Positions 1-11,800 are shown, counted from the first letter of the stretch. The stretch: DNA of 64,000 bases from an uncultured delta proteobacterium (GCA_963760795.1 CAVXEP010000019.1:277313-341312); one strand, 5' to 3'. Notes: generated from the letters alone by a model not told the origin. Made by a program: numbers and translations.

Positions 1-211
1 CCGAAGGCCGGGCTTGATGGCCGAGAATGTAAGCGACCGGCCAATAGTTTCTGTGATCCGCTTCGCTGAGGCGATTATGGAGTGCTTGTCTAAGAGTTTC
101 GGAAGTCTCGGCCAATGCGATTAGCTTGTCGACGGCGGCGCGGATCGTTGGCTTGTCGGGATGATCGAGGGCGGCGATGAGATCGGTAATCTCGCGTGGC
201 TCGGTGGTCAT
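1..211 (-). CDS. HEAT-repeat-like protein, N-terminal part (runs off the window edge)
   Basis: Manual translation from ATG at 211: MTTEPREITDLIAALDHPDKPTIRAAVDKLIALAE..., a HEAT-like LxxxDxxxRxxA pattern; open to position 1. Confidence 0.55.
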   Translation of the reverse strand, partial: MTTEPREITDLIAALDHPDKPTIRAAVDKLIALAETSETLRQALHNRLSEADHRNYWPVAYILGHQARPS

Positions 212-242
212 GGGCGAACTCCAACGCGAAAGGTTAGCCGAT

Positions 243-1436
243 TTAGATTTCTAAAAACTGCGGGCAGTCGGTCAAGTTGCGGTTGCCTTTGGGCTTGACC
301 ACGACGACATCTTCCAATCTGACGCCGCCGACGCCGATGTAATAGAGTCCCGGTTCCACGGTGACCACATGGCCGGTGCGCAAGATCGCGTCGACGGGTG
401 CGATGCGCGGTGGCTCGTGAATGTCCAACCCCAAGCCATGGCCGGTGCCGTGGAAGAAGCCCTGCATGCGGCCATTAATTTTCCCAGTCGGGAAGCCGCG
501 GGCTGCGAACATGTTCAAAATATTCTGGTGTACTTCTTTGCCGTTGACGCCGTCGCGGATCTGCGCGTAGCCGATTTGCTGGCCGGCTTGCACCGTGGCG
601 TAGATCTCTTTTAATTTTTCCGACGCTCGGCCGCGCACCACGGTGCGGCTCAAATCGCCGAAATAACCATTGTGTTGCGAGCGCGGAAAGATATCGAAGA
701 TGATCGAGGTGTTCGCTTTGACCGGCCCGGTGCCTTCATGATGCGGATCGACGCATTGGTTACCGGATGAAATGATCGTGTGGCTCGGCAGCCAGCCTTG
801 CGCCATGATTGTCGTATTGACCGCGGTCTTGAGCATTTCCGAAGTCAGCCTGGTGCCGTTGAGATAGAGATAGCCGTCGCGCTTGGTCGTGGTCCGTTTG
901 AGCATGCGGATGCCGGCTTCCAAGCCGAGGCGGGCGATGCGCAGGGATTCGGCGATCTGTTTCACTTCGAGATTATTCTTTGTCTCGCGCCGGGGCCAGA
1001 AGGGGTCGCGCTTGATTTGCACGCTGTAGCCCTTGGCGCGCAGCTGGTCCAACAGGAGCGCGGAGAAATTCGCCGGCACGATCAGCGAGCGAATGGCGCG
1101 TTCGCGAAATATCAAGTCGACGATGTCGATGACCGCCGCCGGCGATTTGCCGAGCTTGCGCAGCTTCTTCTGATACAGGGACAAAGACAAAGTCCGGTCG
1201 GCATGGGCTTGCTTCTTGGCGCGGTCGATCTCCAGATCGCTCATGACGATGTGGCTATGGTTCTTGTGCTGAAAAAAAATAAACGGATCGGGCACGAAGA
1301 AGCCGGTGGCGTAAAGCATGTTGGCGTCGCCTTCGCTGGCGGCGTAAAGCAGGATCGCCTGATTCGGTTTGAGTTGGATCGATTGCGGCGCCGAGCCGCT
1401 CGATAGGTTTTTTGCTTTTGTCTTCGCTTCAAACAT
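243..1436 (-). CDS. Xaa-Pro peptidase family protein (M24B)
   Basis: Motifs DPHHEG, FDIFP, YFGDLSRT, HGTGHGLGLDIHEPP, VTVEPGLY, GGVRLED; start trimmed to ATG 1436 to avoid overlap with the divergent gene. Confidence 0.93.
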   Translation of the reverse strand: MFEAKTKAKNLSSGSAPQSIQLKPNQAILLYAASEGDANMLYATGFFVPDPFIFFQHKNHSHIVMSDLEIDRAKKQAHADRTLSLSLYQKKLRKLGKSPAAVIDIVDLIFRERAIRSLIVPANFSALLLDQLRAKGYSVQIKRDPFWPRRETKNNLEVKQIAESLRIARLGLEAGIRMLKRTTTKRDGYLYLNGTRLTSEMLKTAVNTTIMAQGWLPSHTIISSGNQCVDPHHEGTGPVKANTSIIFDIFPRSQHNGYFGDLSRTVVRGRASEKLKEIYATVQAGQQIGYAQIRDGVNGKEVHQNILNMFAARGFPTGKINGRMQGFFHGTGHGLGLDIHEPPRIAPVDAILRTGHVVTVEPGLYYIGVGGVRLEDVVVVKPKGNRNLTDCPQFLEI

Positions 1437-1628
1437 GATTACTTGATCGCCTCGATTCGCGTTGGTTATGGTTTCTAGTAGCTCGATCAATTTAACAACT
1501 TGGCTCTGGAACTGCAAGATTTTCCTCGTGATTTCGCGCGATTCGGTTGACAGTAGAGAGGCTTTTGTTATGATGCCGCCACTCGCTGGCGAAACTATTT
1601 TGCTTTCGCGTCTAAGGAATTTCTCTCG

Positions 1629-3179
1629 ATGACGATCGCTAACAATCTCGACAAACTCCGTGAACTCAACGACAAAGCTGAAGCTGGCGGTGGCGCCGAC
1701 CGGGCGCGCCGGCAGCATGAACAGGGTAAACTTCTGGCGCGTGAGCGTCTCGACATTCTGCTCGACAGCGGCAGTTTCGTCGAGATCGACCGCCTGCGCA
1801 CGCACCACAGCACTGACTTCGGCCTCGATAAACAGAGATTTTTAGGCGACGCGGTAGTCTGCGGCTACGGCGCTATCGATGGCCGGCTCGTCTATGTCTA
1901 CTCACAGGATTTCACTGTTTTTGGCGGCAGCCTGAGCCGTGTGGTGGCCGACAAGATCTGCAAGGTCATGGACATGGCTATCAAGAACGGCGCGCCGTTG
2001 ATTGGCATCAACGACTCCGGCGGCGCGCGCATTCAAGAAGGCGTCGACAGCCTCGCCGGCTACGGCGATATCTTTCAACGCAACGTGATGGCGTCCGGTG
2101 TGGTGCCGCAGATTACCGCGATCATGGGTCCGTGCGCCGGCGGCGCGGTCTATTCGCCGGCGATCACCGACTTCATCTTCATGGTCAAAACCAACAGCTA
2201 CATGTTCATCACCGGTCCGGACGTGATCAAGACGGTGACCCATGAAGAGGTGACTAAAGAGGACTTGGGCGGCGCGGAGACGCATACGGGCAAGAGCGGC
2301 GTGGCGCATTTTACCGCCAATACCGAAAAGGACTGCTTGCTGATGATTCGCGAGCTGGTTAGTTTTCTACCCAGCAACAATCAGGAAGATCCACCGTTTC
2401 GGCCGACCCATGACGATCCGCTGCGACGCGACAAGCGGCTCAAAGATATCATCCCTGATAATCCAAACCGCCCCTACGACATGAAAGATTTGATCGGCGC
2501 GGTGGTGGATGAAGGTTACTTCTACGAAGTCCAACCGGAGTTCGCACGCAATATTCTTATCGGCTTCGCTCATATCGGCGGCCGCTCTATTGGCATTGTC
2601 GCCAACCAGCCGAATCACTTGGCGGGCTGTCTCGACATCAATGCCTCGGTGAAGGCGGCGCGCTTTATCCGTTTCTGTGACTGTTTCAATTTTCCCATCG
2701 TGACGTTTGTCGATGTGCCGGGTTTCTTGCCCGGCACCGAGCAGGAATATCATGGCATCATTCGCCATGGCGCGAAGTTGCTTTACGCTTATGCCGAAGC
2801 GACGGTGCCGAAAGTCACCATCGTCACGCGCAAGGCTTACGGCGGCGGCTACATCGTCATGGCGAGCAAGCACCTGCGCGGCGATGTTAACTTGGTCTAT
2901 CCCACCGGCGAGATCGCAGTCATGGGGCCGGAAGGGGCGATCAACATCGTCTTCCGCGGTGAATTGGAGAAGTCGGCCGATCCGGCCAAGGCCCGCGACG
3001 AGCTGGTCAACCATTATCGCGAGACTTTCGCCAATCCATTCAAAGCCGCCGAGTCAGGCTATGTCGACGGCATCGTCTATCCCGAGGACACCCGGCCGAC
3101 CTTGATCCGCGCCTTGGAAATGCTCAAGAACAAGCAAGATCACAATCCCCCCAAAAAGCATGGGAATATTCCACTCTAA
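1629..3179 (+). CDS. pccB: acyl-CoA (propionyl-CoA) carboxylase carboxyltransferase subunit
   Basis: [38 protein letters not shown]-terminal [10 protein letters not shown]. Confidence 0.95.
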   Translation: MTIANNLDKLRELNDKAEAGGGADRARRQHEQGKLLARERLDILLDSGSFVEIDRLRTHHSTDFGLDKQRFLGDAVVCGYGAIDGRLVYVYSQDFTVFGGSLSRVVADKICKVMDMAIKNGAPLIGINDSGGARIQEGVDSLAGYGDIFQRNVMASGVVPQITAIMGPCAGGAVYSPAITDFIFMVKTNSYMFITGPDVIKTVTHEEVTKEDLGGAETHTGKSGVAHFTANTEKDCLLMIRELVSFLPSNNQEDPPFRPTHDDPLRRDKRLKDIIPDNPNRPYDMKDLIGAVVDEGYFYEVQPEFARNILIGFAHIGGRSIGIVANQPNHLAGCLDINASVKAARFIRFCDCFNFPIVTFVDVPGFLPGTEQEYHGIIRHGAKLLYAYAEATVPKVTIVTRKAYGGGYIVMASKHLRGDVNLVYPTGEIAVMGPEGAINIVFRGELEKSADPAKARDELVNHYRETFANPFKAAESGYVDGIVYPEDTRPTLIRALEMLKNKQDHNPPKKHGNIPL

Positions 3180-3181
3180 AA

Positions 3182-3290
3182 TGAGATGCGAGACAGAGGT
3201 TAGAGACCGAGACCGGATCGATAGGGTCGATGATCTCAATTCTCAATCTTTATTCTCTGTCTCGACTCTCGATCGCAAATCTCTGTCTGC
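3182..3290. repeat. imperfect palindrome of short GAGAC/GTCTC-rich units
   Basis: gagacagag...gagaccgagacc on the left, ctctgtctc...ctctcg...ctctgtct on the right, between pccB and accC. Confidence 0.5.
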
Positions 3291-3295
3291 CGACC

Positions 3296-4828
3296 ATGTT
3301 TAAGCGAATCCTCATCGCCAATCGTGGCGAAATCGCCGTGCGCATTGCGCGCGCTTGCCGTGAGCTCGATATCGAATCGATCGCGGTCTATTCGGAAGCC
3401 GACCGCGAGTCGCTGCATGTCAAATACGCCGATTACGCTTACGCGATTGGCCCGGCACCGTCTGCGCAGAGTTATCTGGTCATCGATCGTATTATCGACG
3501 TCTGCAAGAAAAGCGGCGCCGAGGCGGTCCATCCGGGTTACGGTTTCTTGGCGGAGAATGCCAAGTTCGCCCAACGCTGCAAGGATGAAGGCATCGTCTT
3601 TATCGGCCCATCGCCGGAAGTCATCGATCAGATGGGCGACAAAGTTAAAGCGCGCCAGATCATGAAAAATGCCGGCGTCCCGGTGGTGCCGGGTTCCGAC
3701 GGCATTCTCACTTCCGAAGAGGAAGTGCTCCAGACCATGGAAGCGATCGGCTATCCATGCATGTTGAAGGCGGTGGCCGGCGGCGGCGGCAAAGGGCTAC
3801 GGCTCGTACGCTCACGGCGCGAAGTGTCGTCGGCCTATCGCGCCGTCGGTTCGGAAGCCAAGTCGTCCTTCGGCGATCCGCGGCTGTACGTCGAAAAGTT
3901 CATCGTCAAACCGCGTCATGTGGAGATTCAAATCCTCGCCGATGGTTACGGCCGGGTCATTCATCTCTACGACCGCGAGTGTTCGATCCAGCGGCGCCAC
4001 CAGAAAGTTATCGAAGAGTCGCCTGCTCCAGGACTGGAAGACCGCACGCGCCGGCGCATCGGCCGGATCGCCATTCAAGGCGCCCGTGCTGTCGGCTACG
4101 TCGGCGCCGGGACGTTGGAGTTTTTGCTCGACAGCGAGCAGAATTTTTATTTCTTGGAAATGAACACCCGCCTGCAAGTCGAGCATGCGGTGACCGAGCG
4201 GGTGGTCGGCATCGATCTGGTCAAGGCGCAGATCGAAATAGCCGCAGGCGGTTATCTACCATGGCGCCAACGCCATATTACCCAGACTGGCCACGCCATC
4301 GAATGCCGGATTTACGCCGAAGATCCCGAGCGTGACTTCATGCCTTGCCCCGGCCGGATCGAAGGCTTACGTCTGCCCGAAGGGCTGGGCTTGAGAAACG
4401 ATAACGGCGTCTACGAAGGCGCTGAAGTGTCGATCTATTACGATCCGATGATCGCCAAGTTGATCACCTGGGGTGAGAATCGCATCGAGGCGATCCTGCG
4501 CATGCGCCGGGCGCTGCGCGAGTACCAGGTGCGCGGCATCAAGACCAATATTTCGTTTCATCAATGGATCTTGCGCCACCCCCGGTTCATGTCCGGCGAC
4601 GTCAATACCGGGTTTATCGACGAAGAATTTATTCCCAAGGCCAACGAAGAAGTCTATCCGCACAAGGAGATCGCGCTCGCCTCGGCGGTCATCGCGGCGC
4701 TGCACGGCGAACATGAACGGACCATCGGCTTGCTTGCCAAGGGCGCGGCCGAACCGTCCAAGTGGCGTCAGCAGCGCGCGTCATTGCGCCGGTCGGCGAC
4801 GCCCGGCAACCGCGGTTGGCGCCGTTAG
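3296..4828 (+). CDS. accC: biotin carboxylase
   Basis: MFKRILIANRGEIA, HPGYGFLAEN, GGGGKG, RECSIQRRHQK, EMNTRLQVEH, YYDPMIAKL. Confidence 0.95.
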   Translation: MFKRILIANRGEIAVRIARACRELDIESIAVYSEADRESLHVKYADYAYAIGPAPSAQSYLVIDRIIDVCKKSGAEAVHPGYGFLAENAKFAQRCKDEGIVFIGPSPEVIDQMGDKVKARQIMKNAGVPVVPGSDGILTSEEEVLQTMEAIGYPCMLKAVAGGGGKGLRLVRSRREVSSAYRAVGSEAKSSFGDPRLYVEKFIVKPRHVEIQILADGYGRVIHLYDRECSIQRRHQKVIEESPAPGLEDRTRRRIGRIAIQGARAVGYVGAGTLEFLLDSEQNFYFLEMNTRLQVEHAVTERVVGIDLVKAQIEIAAGGYLPWRQRHITQTGHAIECRIYAEDPERDFMPCPGRIEGLRLPEGLGLRNDNGVYEGAEVSIYYDPMIAKLITWGENRIEAILRMRRALREYQVRGIKTNISFHQWILRHPRFMSGDVNTGFIDEEFIPKANEEVYPHKEIALASAVIAALHGEHERTIGLLAKGAAEPSKWRQQRASLRRSATPGNRGWRR

Positions 4829-4839
4829 AGGATATCCCC

Positions 4840-5343
4840 ATGGCGTTTATCGGTAAGCTTGGCGATCAATCCTTCACCGTGGACATCGAGGAAACTGGTA
4901 AATCGGTTTACCGGGTCTCGGTGGACGGCAATGAATTTATCGTCGACGGCAAGAAGACCGGCCGGACCAACTATTCGCTGATTGTCGACAATCGTTCCTT
5001 CGAGATCGAAGTCGATAACACCGACGATGACTACCGGGTGCTGGTCGATGGGCGCAATTACCACATCAATCTGGTCGATGAGCGGCGTGTGCGCGTCGGC
5101 GGGGCCCAGGCCGGCCTCGAACTCCAGGGACGCCAGAAGGTCACTGTACCGATGCCGGGGAAAATCATCGCTGTCCTGGTTTCCGAGGGGGAGCAGGTCG
5201 AAAAGGGCCAGGGACTGGTGATCGTCGAAGCGATGAAGATGGAAAACGAAGTGCATAGCCCCATCGCCGGCGAAGTCAAAGACATCAAAGTGAAGCCGGG
5301 AGATACCGTCGAAAGCGGCGCCCTGCTGTTGATCGTCGAGTAA
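4840..5343 (+). CDS. biotin carboxyl carrier protein
   Basis: EAMKMENE biotinylation motif; GAGG RBS upstream of ATG 4840. Confidence 0.93.
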   Translation: MAFIGKLGDQSFTVDIEETGKSVYRVSVDGNEFIVDGKKTGRTNYSLIVDNRSFEIEVDNTDDDYRVLVDGRNYHINLVDERRVRVGGAQAGLELQGRQKVTVPMPGKIIAVLVSEGEQVEKGQGLVIVEAMKMENEVHSPIAGEVKDIKVKPGDTVESGALLLIVE

Positions 5344-5413
5344 GCAGGATTTAATCAAGATTTTTTCACATGATTATTGTCAGCTTATTTCTTTCATGTT
5401 ATAGCAGCGCTCC

Positions 5414-5965
5414 ATGATCCCGAAGAAATGTTTTTTTACCAAAGGTGTCGGTGTCCACAAGGAAAAGTTGGCATCCTTCGAGCTCGCCTTGCGGCAAGCT
5501 GGTCTGGCCTACTGTAATCTGGTGTTGGTGTCGAGCATCTTCCCGCCTTATTGCAAGCGACTTTCCAAGGAAGAGGGCGCCAAACTACTGCGTCCCGGGG
5601 AGGTCGTGTTCAGCGTCTATGACCGTGAGAGCACCAACGAGCCCAATCGGTTGGTGGCCGCCTCCGTGGGTGTGGCGATTCCATCGGATGAGAGCCAATA
5701 CGGCTATCTGTCGGAGCATCACTCCTTCGGCGAGACCGACGAAAAGGCCGGCGACTACGCCGAGGATCTCGCCGCCAGCATGTTGGCTACCACTCTAGGC
5801 ATCGAGTTCAATCCCGACACCGCCTGGGACGAGCGCGAGCAGCTATTCAAAATGTCCGAGAAAATTGTCCGTACTTCCAACATCACCCAGTCCGCCATCG
5901 GCAACAAAGACGGCCTGTGGACCACGGTGTTTGCCGCTTGCGCGTTCATCAACGACGATAACTAA
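5414..5965 (+). CDS. pdaD: pyruvoyl-dependent arginine decarboxylase
   Basis: [10 protein letters not shown] and [11 protein letters not shown] with the Ser-Ser self-cleavage site; YGYLSEHH. Confidence 0.9.
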   Translation: MIPKKCFFTKGVGVHKEKLASFELALRQAGLAYCNLVLVSSIFPPYCKRLSKEEGAKLLRPGEVVFSVYDRESTNEPNRLVAASVGVAIPSDESQYGYLSEHHSFGETDEKAGDYAEDLAASMLATTLGIEFNPDTAWDEREQLFKMSEKIVRTSNITQSAIGNKDGLWTTVFAACAFINDDN

Positions 5966-5981
5966 GGGTTATTCGAATTCT

Positions 5982-6022
5982 AAAGAAAGTGGTGTTGGCT
6001 TTGACTGACGCCCCTTTTTTAT
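5982..6022 (+). terminator. putative intrinsic terminator between convergent pdaD and tatC
   Basis: ggtgttgg/ctgacgcc stem with G-U pairs, followed by a T-run. Confidence 0.45.
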
Positions 6023-6792
6023 TCGGCGGCCCGGTCTAACCGGTTCATTCGAAAGCGCGCCAGGTAGGCGACGGCGATGCTGAGGCCATAGAGCATTAGC
6101 AGCGGCACCATCAGCAAAATTTGCGAGATCAAATCGGGCGGCGTCAGGATCGCCGCCAAGAGCGCAATGGCGATCAGAGCGTAGCGGCTGTGGTGGATCA
6201 AAAAGCGATGGTCGATCAGGCCCACCCGGGCGGTGAAAAACGCGATCACCGGCAGCTCGAACATGGCGCCGGAAGCTAAAACCATGCGTGAGATTGTCGA
6301 CAGGTAGTCGCCGACTTGAAGCATCGGTGTAACGCCGATGACCTCGTAGCGATGCAGCAAGAAACTCAGTCCATGTTGCACCACGATGGCATAACTGAAA
6401 GCCGCTCCGAGGCAAAAGCACAGTGAACCGGCGAAGACGAAGCTGCGCGTATAGCGCTTCTCATGCTCGTAGAGTCCGGGCGCGACGAATTGCCAGCCCT
6501 GCCACAAGAGCACTGGTAGAGCGACAACCACCGCGGCGGCGAAGCCGAGTTTCATCTTGGTAAAGAACGCTTCAGTAACGCCGGTGCCGATGAGTATCAG
6601 CCCCGGGATATTGAGACGGCGCACTGGCGCGGCGAGAATCGCGAATATCGTGTCGACGTAATAGAAGCAGGCGAAGAACGCGACGGCGACGGCGAGCAGT
6701 GATTTGACCAGCCGTGAGCGCAATTCCCCCAGGTGGGAGGTAAAGGGCATTTGGACATCGGCATGCTGCCCGTTGCCGTCTGGCGTGGTCAC
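6019..6792 (-). CDS. tatC: twin-arginine translocase subunit TatC
   Basis: [37 protein letters not shown]. Confidence 0.96.
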   Translation of the reverse strand: MTTPDGNGQHADVQMPFTSHLGELRSRLVKSLLAVAVAFFACFYYVDTIFAILAAPVRRLNIPGLILIGTGVTEAFFTKMKLGFAAAVVVALPVLLWQGWQFVAPGLYEHEKRYTRSFVFAGSLCFCLGAAFSYAIVVQHGLSFLLHRYEVIGVTPMLQVGDYLSTISRMVLASGAMFELPVIAFFTARVGLIDHRFLIHHSRYALIAIALLAAILTPPDLISQILLMVPLLMLYGLSIAVAYLARFRMNRLDRAAE

Positions 6793-7067
6793 TTTTTTTC
6801 TGCGGCGTTGGGAAGGGGATCGGCTACCGGAGTTTCGGCGGCTTGCGCGGGTTGGGGATCGACTGTTAGCGGTTCGGCCGGCGGTGGCGGCTCGTCAAGA
6901 TCGGCCTCCACTTTGCGAAACTCATCTTTGAGCTCATCGGTGGCGCGGCGAAACTCGGCCAGTCCTTTGCCTAGGGTTTTGGCCAGTTCGGGTAGTTTCT
7001 TGGGTCCAAGGACAATCAAGGCCAATCCCAAGATCATCAGTAATTCCGGCATGCCGATACCAAACAT
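6789..7067 (-). CDS. tatB: twin-arginine translocase TatA/TatB subunit
   Basis: [30 protein letters not shown]; overlaps the tatC start. Confidence 0.88.
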   Translation of the reverse strand: MFGIGMPELLMILGLALIVLGPKKLPELAKTLGKGLAEFRRATDELKDEFRKVEADLDEPPPPAEPLTVDPQPAQAAETPVADPLPNAAEKK

Positions 7068-7152
7068 ACAGTTAAACTAAGCGATTTCACTTGGCTCCGC
7101 AAGATTGCGCGATGGATATCGTTTGCTTGGCCCTGGTTGCGCGGAGCGAGAC

Positions 7153-7352
7153 GAGATTTCTCGCTGCGCTCGAAATCACAGCTGAATTGCGCCGTAGCCA
7201 AGCAATCTAAGAAGATTCGGAATCGGAAGATTAGCGGAAACAACGCAAATCAAAATCGCCAAAGGAGGGCAGGATTGGAAACCGGCCCGCTTGATCATCA
7301 CCGCAAGTAGAATACTAAGAACGTTGTCATCCCGAGTGCAGCGAGGGAGCTC
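7153..7352. repeat. REP-like inverted pair (7153-7180 and 7325-7352)
   Basis: gagatttctcgctgcgctcgaaatcaca is approximately the reverse complement of tgtcatcccgagtgcagcgagggagctc; similar to the arm at 21437. Confidence 0.65.
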
Positions 7353-7415
7353 GACCGAATCGAATCGCGGCGAAATCGCTTGGCAGCGCCTGGGCGTCGG
7401 TGTTAGGTTCTTTCA

Positions 7416-8387
7416 ATGGCGAAGACGGCGGTCGTAGTCGATAAAGAATATTTGAAACACCAGCCCGGCGAGTCTCATCCGGAGCGGCCCGAGCGCGTCA
7501 AAGTGTTGCTCGAATTGGCCAGTGAACTTGACGCGGCGAAGTTTCAATTACTGCCGCCCCAACCGGCCAAACGCGCCGATATCGCGGCGACCCATGGCGA
7601 AGAACACATCAAACTTATCGAAGCGACGGCGCAGCATAACCGCTACGCCTTGGACGGCGACACGATCACTTGTCGCGATTCGTACGCGGTCAGTTTATTG
7701 GCGGTGGGCGGGTTCATCGGTCTGCTCGATGCGGTCGCTGCTAAAGATTGCCGCAACGGTTTCGCTCTGGTGCGGCCACCGGGCCATCATGCCCTGCGCA
7801 ATCGCGCCATGGGGTTTTGTCTTTTCAACACCATGGCGATCGGCGCCGAGTATTTGCAGCGCACGCACGGCGCCAAGAAAATTCTCATCATGGATTGGGA
7901 CGTGCACCATGGCAACGGCACTCAGGATGCTTTTTACGCCGATCCTTCGGTACTGTTCATTTCGACCCATCAGTATCCCTATTACCCCGGCAGCGGTGCC
8001 GCTAACGAAGTTGGCAGCGGCGTGGGTGAAGGTTTCACCATCAATATCCCTCTGCCCGCTGGCTGTGCCGACGCCGAGTACGCTCAGGTATTTCACGATA
8101 TCGTCGTGCCGGCGGCGGAAAAATTTTGCCCCGATTGGATTTTGGTGTCCGCCGGTTTCGACCCGCACCGGCGCGATCCGCTGGGCGGCATGGGAGTGAG
8201 CGACCAAGGCTTTGCGCTCATGGCGAGCCGGTTACTCGGACTCGCAGATAAATTCGCCGATGCCAAGATCGCCTTTCTTCTCGAAGGCGGTTACGATCTT
8301 GTGGGACTGCGCGGGTCAGTAGCGGCGGTGCTCGATACCATGCAATCGGGCGTCGCCCCGCGCGATCGAGGCGCCCAAGTTGAGTGA
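7416..8387 (+). CDS. histone deacetylase family (Zn-dependent) amidohydrolase
   Basis: HPERPER, RPPGHHA, MGFCLFN, DWDVHHGNGTQ, SAGFD, LEGGY; C-terminus may extend to 8445 after a frameshift. Confidence 0.95.
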   Translation: MAKTAVVVDKEYLKHQPGESHPERPERVKVLLELASELDAAKFQLLPPQPAKRADIAATHGEEHIKLIEATAQHNRYALDGDTITCRDSYAVSLLAVGGFIGLLDAVAAKDCRNGFALVRPPGHHALRNRAMGFCLFNTMAIGAEYLQRTHGAKKILIMDWDVHHGNGTQDAFYADPSVLFISTHQYPYYPGSGAANEVGSGVGEGFTINIPLPAGCADAEYAQVFHDIVVPAAEKFCPDWILVSAGFDPHRRDPLGGMGVSDQGFALMASRLLGLADKFADAKIAFLLEGGYDLVGLRGSVAAVLDTMQSGVAPRDRGAQVE

Positions 8388-8522
8388 CAGCCGCATCGCC
8401 CCACTAGTTCGCCATATTCTACAGCTTCATGAACAATATCAGTAACTTGAATTTCCTATTGATTCACCGACGAGTCTCCATTATCTTAATGTTCCAAATT
8501 CATTAAAGATTGGTTAAGTATT

Positions 8523-9773
8523 GTGAACACAACTGAAGTACGCAGAGTTGTCGTGACCGGTATTGGTCTGGTCACGCCATTGGGAACCGGCGTCGACAAG
8601 AACTGGGACGCATTGATGGCCGGGCGCTCGGGCATCCGCAAGATCAGCCGCTTTAATGCCGACGCTTTCGCCTCGCGTATCGCCGGCGAAGTGCCCGACT
8701 TCAACGCCGAAGATTATATCGAAGCGAAAGAGATCAAAAAAATGGATCTCTTCATTCACTACGCCATGGGCGCCACGGCCCAGGCGATGGCCGACAGCGG
8801 TCTCAAGATCGAAGGCGAATTCGCCGAGAACGTCGGCGTCATCATCGGCGTCGGCATGAACGGCCTCGATACCCTCGAAACCACCAAAGAAGCGCTGATG
8901 GCCGGCGGGCCGCGCAAGATATCGCCATTTTTCATTCCCAAAGTCATTTCCAATCTAGCCCCCGGCCATGTGGCAATTCGTTACGGCGCCAAGGGCATTA
9001 ATTTTACGCCGACTTCGGCCTGTGCTTCTGGCACCCATGCGATCGGCGAGGCTTACCATATGATTCGCCGCGGTTTGCAGGATGCCGTGATCGCCGGCGG
9101 CGCCGAAGCGGCGATCACACCGCTGGGGGTGGGCGGTTTCGCCGCGATGAAAGCGCTGTCGACGCGCAACGACGAGCCCGAGCGCGCCAGCCGGCCCTTC
9201 GACAAAGAGCGCGACGGCTTCGTTATCGGCGAGGGCTCCGGCATTTTGATCCTCGAAGAACGCCAGCATGCGCTTGAGCGCGGCGCCAAAATCTACGCCG
9301 AAGTGCTCGGCTACGCGGCCAACGGGGACGCCTATCATATGACCGCGCCGGCGCCCGACGGCGAAGGAGCGGCGCGCTGCATGCGCTTGGCTTTGAAAGA
9401 TGCCGGCATGGTGCCGAGCGATGTCAGTTACATCAATGCCCACGGCACGTCGACGGAGTATAACGACGCCAATGAAACCACGGCGATTAAAACTGTTTTT
9501 GGCGAAGTGGCGGCCAAGCTGGCGGTGAGCTCGACCAAATCGATGACCGGACATTTACTCGGTGCCGCTGGCGCGGTGGAAGGTATCTATTCGGCGCTGA
9601 CGCTGCATCACGGCATACTGCCGCCGACGATCAATTATGAAAATCCCGATCCGGCTTGCGATCTCGACTACGTGCCCAATCAAGCGCGCAAAGCCGATGT
9701 CAAAGTCGTGCTTTCCAACTCCTTCGGTTTCGGCGGCACCAATGCTTGCGTGATTTTCGGGAGGTGCGCATGA
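8523..9773 (+). CDS. fabF: beta-ketoacyl-ACP synthase II
   Basis: [35 protein letters not shown]. Confidence 0.95.
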   Translation: MNTTEVRRVVVTGIGLVTPLGTGVDKNWDALMAGRSGIRKISRFNADAFASRIAGEVPDFNAEDYIEAKEIKKMDLFIHYAMGATAQAMADSGLKIEGEFAENVGVIIGVGMNGLDTLETTKEALMAGGPRKISPFFIPKVISNLAPGHVAIRYGAKGINFTPTSACASGTHAIGEAYHMIRRGLQDAVIAGGAEAAITPLGVGGFAAMKALSTRNDEPERASRPFDKERDGFVIGEGSGILILEERQHALERGAKIYAEVLGYAANGDAYHMTAPAPDGEGAARCMRLALKDAGMVPSDVSYINAHGTSTEYNDANETTAIKTVFGEVAAKLAVSSTKSMTGHLLGAAGAVEGIYSALTLHHGILPPTINYENPDPACDLDYVPNQARKADVKVVLSNSFGFGGTNACVIFGRCA

Positions 9774-10762
9774 GCCGCTCCGAACGCCGCAGCGTGATTC
9801 TCGGCACCGGCTCCGAACTGCCGTCTAAAATCATCACCAACCATGACTTGGAAAAGATGGTCGATACCAGCGACGAGTGGATCACCGTGCGCACCGGCAT
9901 CAAAGAACGGCGCGTTCTCGAAGAAGGCAAGGGCAATGCCGATATGGCCTACGAAGCGGCCAGACGCGCTCTCGATGACGCTCACGTCGATCCAAAAGAT
10001 CTCGATGCCATCATCATGGGCACGGTTTCCGCCGATTATCCGTTTCCCAGTTCCGCCTGCGTCCTCGAGGACAAGCTCGGCGCGCGCAATGCTTTTTCCT
10101 TTGACGTCGGCGCCGCCTGTGCGGGGTTTCTCAATGCGCTTGCGGTGGGCGATTTATTCGTTCGTAGCGGCAAGGCTGATAAAGCACTGGTGGTCGGCTC
10201 CGACGCCCTAAGCCGCATGCTCAACTGGAAGGATCGTGGCACCTGCATACTGTTTGGCGACGCCGCCGGCGCGGTGGTGCTCGGCGCCGCCGAAAATGGT
10301 TCCGGTGTCTTGAGCACCAAGCTGCGCACCGACGGTTCGTACGTTAAGCAGCTCTACGTTCCCGCCGGCGGCTCGCTCAAGCCTCCCTGTCCGGAGACGG
10401 TGCGCAACAACGAGCACACGATCACCATGAACGGCAAAGAGGTGTTCAAGATCGCCGTGCGTTCCATGGAAGAGATCAGCCGGCAAGCCCTCGACGAAGC
10501 TTGCGTTAGCATCGATCAAGTGGCTCTAGTCATCCCACACCAGGCCAACAAACGCATCATCGTCGCGCTCGCCGAACGGCTCGGCGTGCCAATGGCCAAA
10601 GTCGTGGTCAACGTCGACAAATACGGCAACACCTCGGCGGCATCGATCCCGGTCGCCCTCGACGAAGCCAGACGCGCCGGGCGCATCCAGCCCGGCGACA
10701 TTGTCTTGTTCAATGCTTTTGGCGCCGGCTTCGCCTGGGGCGCGGCGGTGGTGAAGTTCTAA
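9770..10762 (+). CDS. fabH: beta-ketoacyl-ACP synthase III
   Basis: [33 protein letters not shown]; ATGA overlap with fabF. Confidence 0.95.
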   Translation: MSRSERRSVILGTGSELPSKIITNHDLEKMVDTSDEWITVRTGIKERRVLEEGKGNADMAYEAARRALDDAHVDPKDLDAIIMGTVSADYPFPSSACVLEDKLGARNAFSFDVGAACAGFLNALAVGDLFVRSGKADKALVVGSDALSRMLNWKDRGTCILFGDAAGAVVLGAAENGSGVLSTKLRTDGSYVKQLYVPAGGSLKPPCPETVRNNEHTITMNGKEVFKIAVRSMEEISRQALDEACVSIDQVALVIPHQANKRIIVALAERLGVPMAKVVVNVDKYGNTSAASIPVALDEARRAGRIQPGDIVLFNAFGAGFAWGAAVVKF

Positions 10763-10978
10763 ATTGGCGGGCTTTGCAGGCTTCGTCGGTTCGTTGGCTG
10801 ATATTCGGCCTCTTGAATCGAGTGCCGGGCGGAAGCGTCGAGTTTCCCTATGAGGCAGTGAAGGTGGAGATTCTTTTGCAAGCCGCATAGTAGCGCGACA
10901 ATCTCGCCGCACACATCGCTACAGCTGACGCCGCCACGCGACGGAGGACCATTTCTTCGGAAGAATTGTTTCACGGCG

Positions 10979-11800
10979 TTATCCAACCGCCTTCTTTAAC
11001 CACTCCGTCACAATCTTCGAAACTTTGTCCTCCGCGCCGACGTAAAAGTGGTCGCAGTTGGGGATGATCGCGACTTCGCAGGGGCCGGGACAATTTTTTG
11101 CGAACTCTTCAGCCGGATAGTTTTCTTTTGGCTCTTGGTCGCCGCGGACGAAGAGCACCGGGCAGGCGATGTTTTTTGAATTCTCCAGCAGGTCGGGGGC
11201 GTTGGTCAGGCGGTCGAGGAACGTTCTCGCCGAGATTACCCACCACCAGGCGGGGATGAGCATGAGCTCTCTGGGTTTGCCTGCGGCGATCAGTGCCTCG
11301 GCTTCCTTTTTTTGCTTTTCGACATCGCCAGCGAGTGAATAGTTACGCGCGGCGCGCTGGTGCACCATGCGGTTGCCGCCGGTGTGGGCGGACAATAAAA
11401 TTAACGCCTTAGTCTCCGGATGATGCGCGACATGCTCGGCGGCGAGGACACCGCCGTTGCTGTGGCCGATGACGATCGGATTGGCGAATCCTTTGTCGGC
11501 CAAATATTTCGCTACCAGCGCGTTGTCTTCGACGCCTTCGGCGACGGTTTGGTAGGCGCCGCCGACGCATTCGCGGCTGTCAAAAGTGCTCACCGAGTCG
11601 TGGCCGCGGCGGTTGAAGGCTAGATATTCATAGCCCAACGCGGTGATATGCGGCGCGAGAAAGCGCGCGGCGCAAACGTAAAAATTCATCTGGTTACCGT
11701 GGCAATACATCGCCGCGCCTTTGCTCTGCCCGTCAGGCGTATAATAGGCGCCGTCGAGCGGGTGCGTTGGGGTTTCGATTCTGATAAGTTCGGTGCGCAT
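10979..11800 (-). CDS. alpha/beta-fold hydrolase
   Basis: GHSNGG nucleophile elbow, HG oxyanion motif, C-terminal DHFY. Confidence 0.85.
   Translation of the reverse strand: MRTELIRIETPTHPLDGAYYTPDGQSKGAAMYCHGNQMNFYVCAARFLAPHITALGYEYLAFNRRGHDSVSTFDSRECVGGAYQTVAEGVEDNALVAKYLADKGFANPIVIGHSNGGVLAAEHVAHHPETKALILLSAHTGGNRMVHQRAARNYSLAGDVEKQKKEAEALIAAGKPRELMLIPAWWWVISARTFLDRLTNAPDLLENSKNIACPVLFVRGDQEPKENYPAEEFAKNCPGPCEVAIIPNCDHFYVGAEDKVSKIVTEWLKKAVG

Noticed and set aside
1437-1808. N-terminal extension of the M24 peptidase ORF and the many long antisense ORFs in the track
   Set aside because: They overlap well-supported genes on the opposite strand, as expected for shadow ORFs in high-GC DNA
8523-10762. 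fabF/fabH as part of the NRPS-PKS cluster
   Set aside because: Canonical fatty-acid synthesis sequences with host-like codon usage, separated from the cluster by unrelated genes
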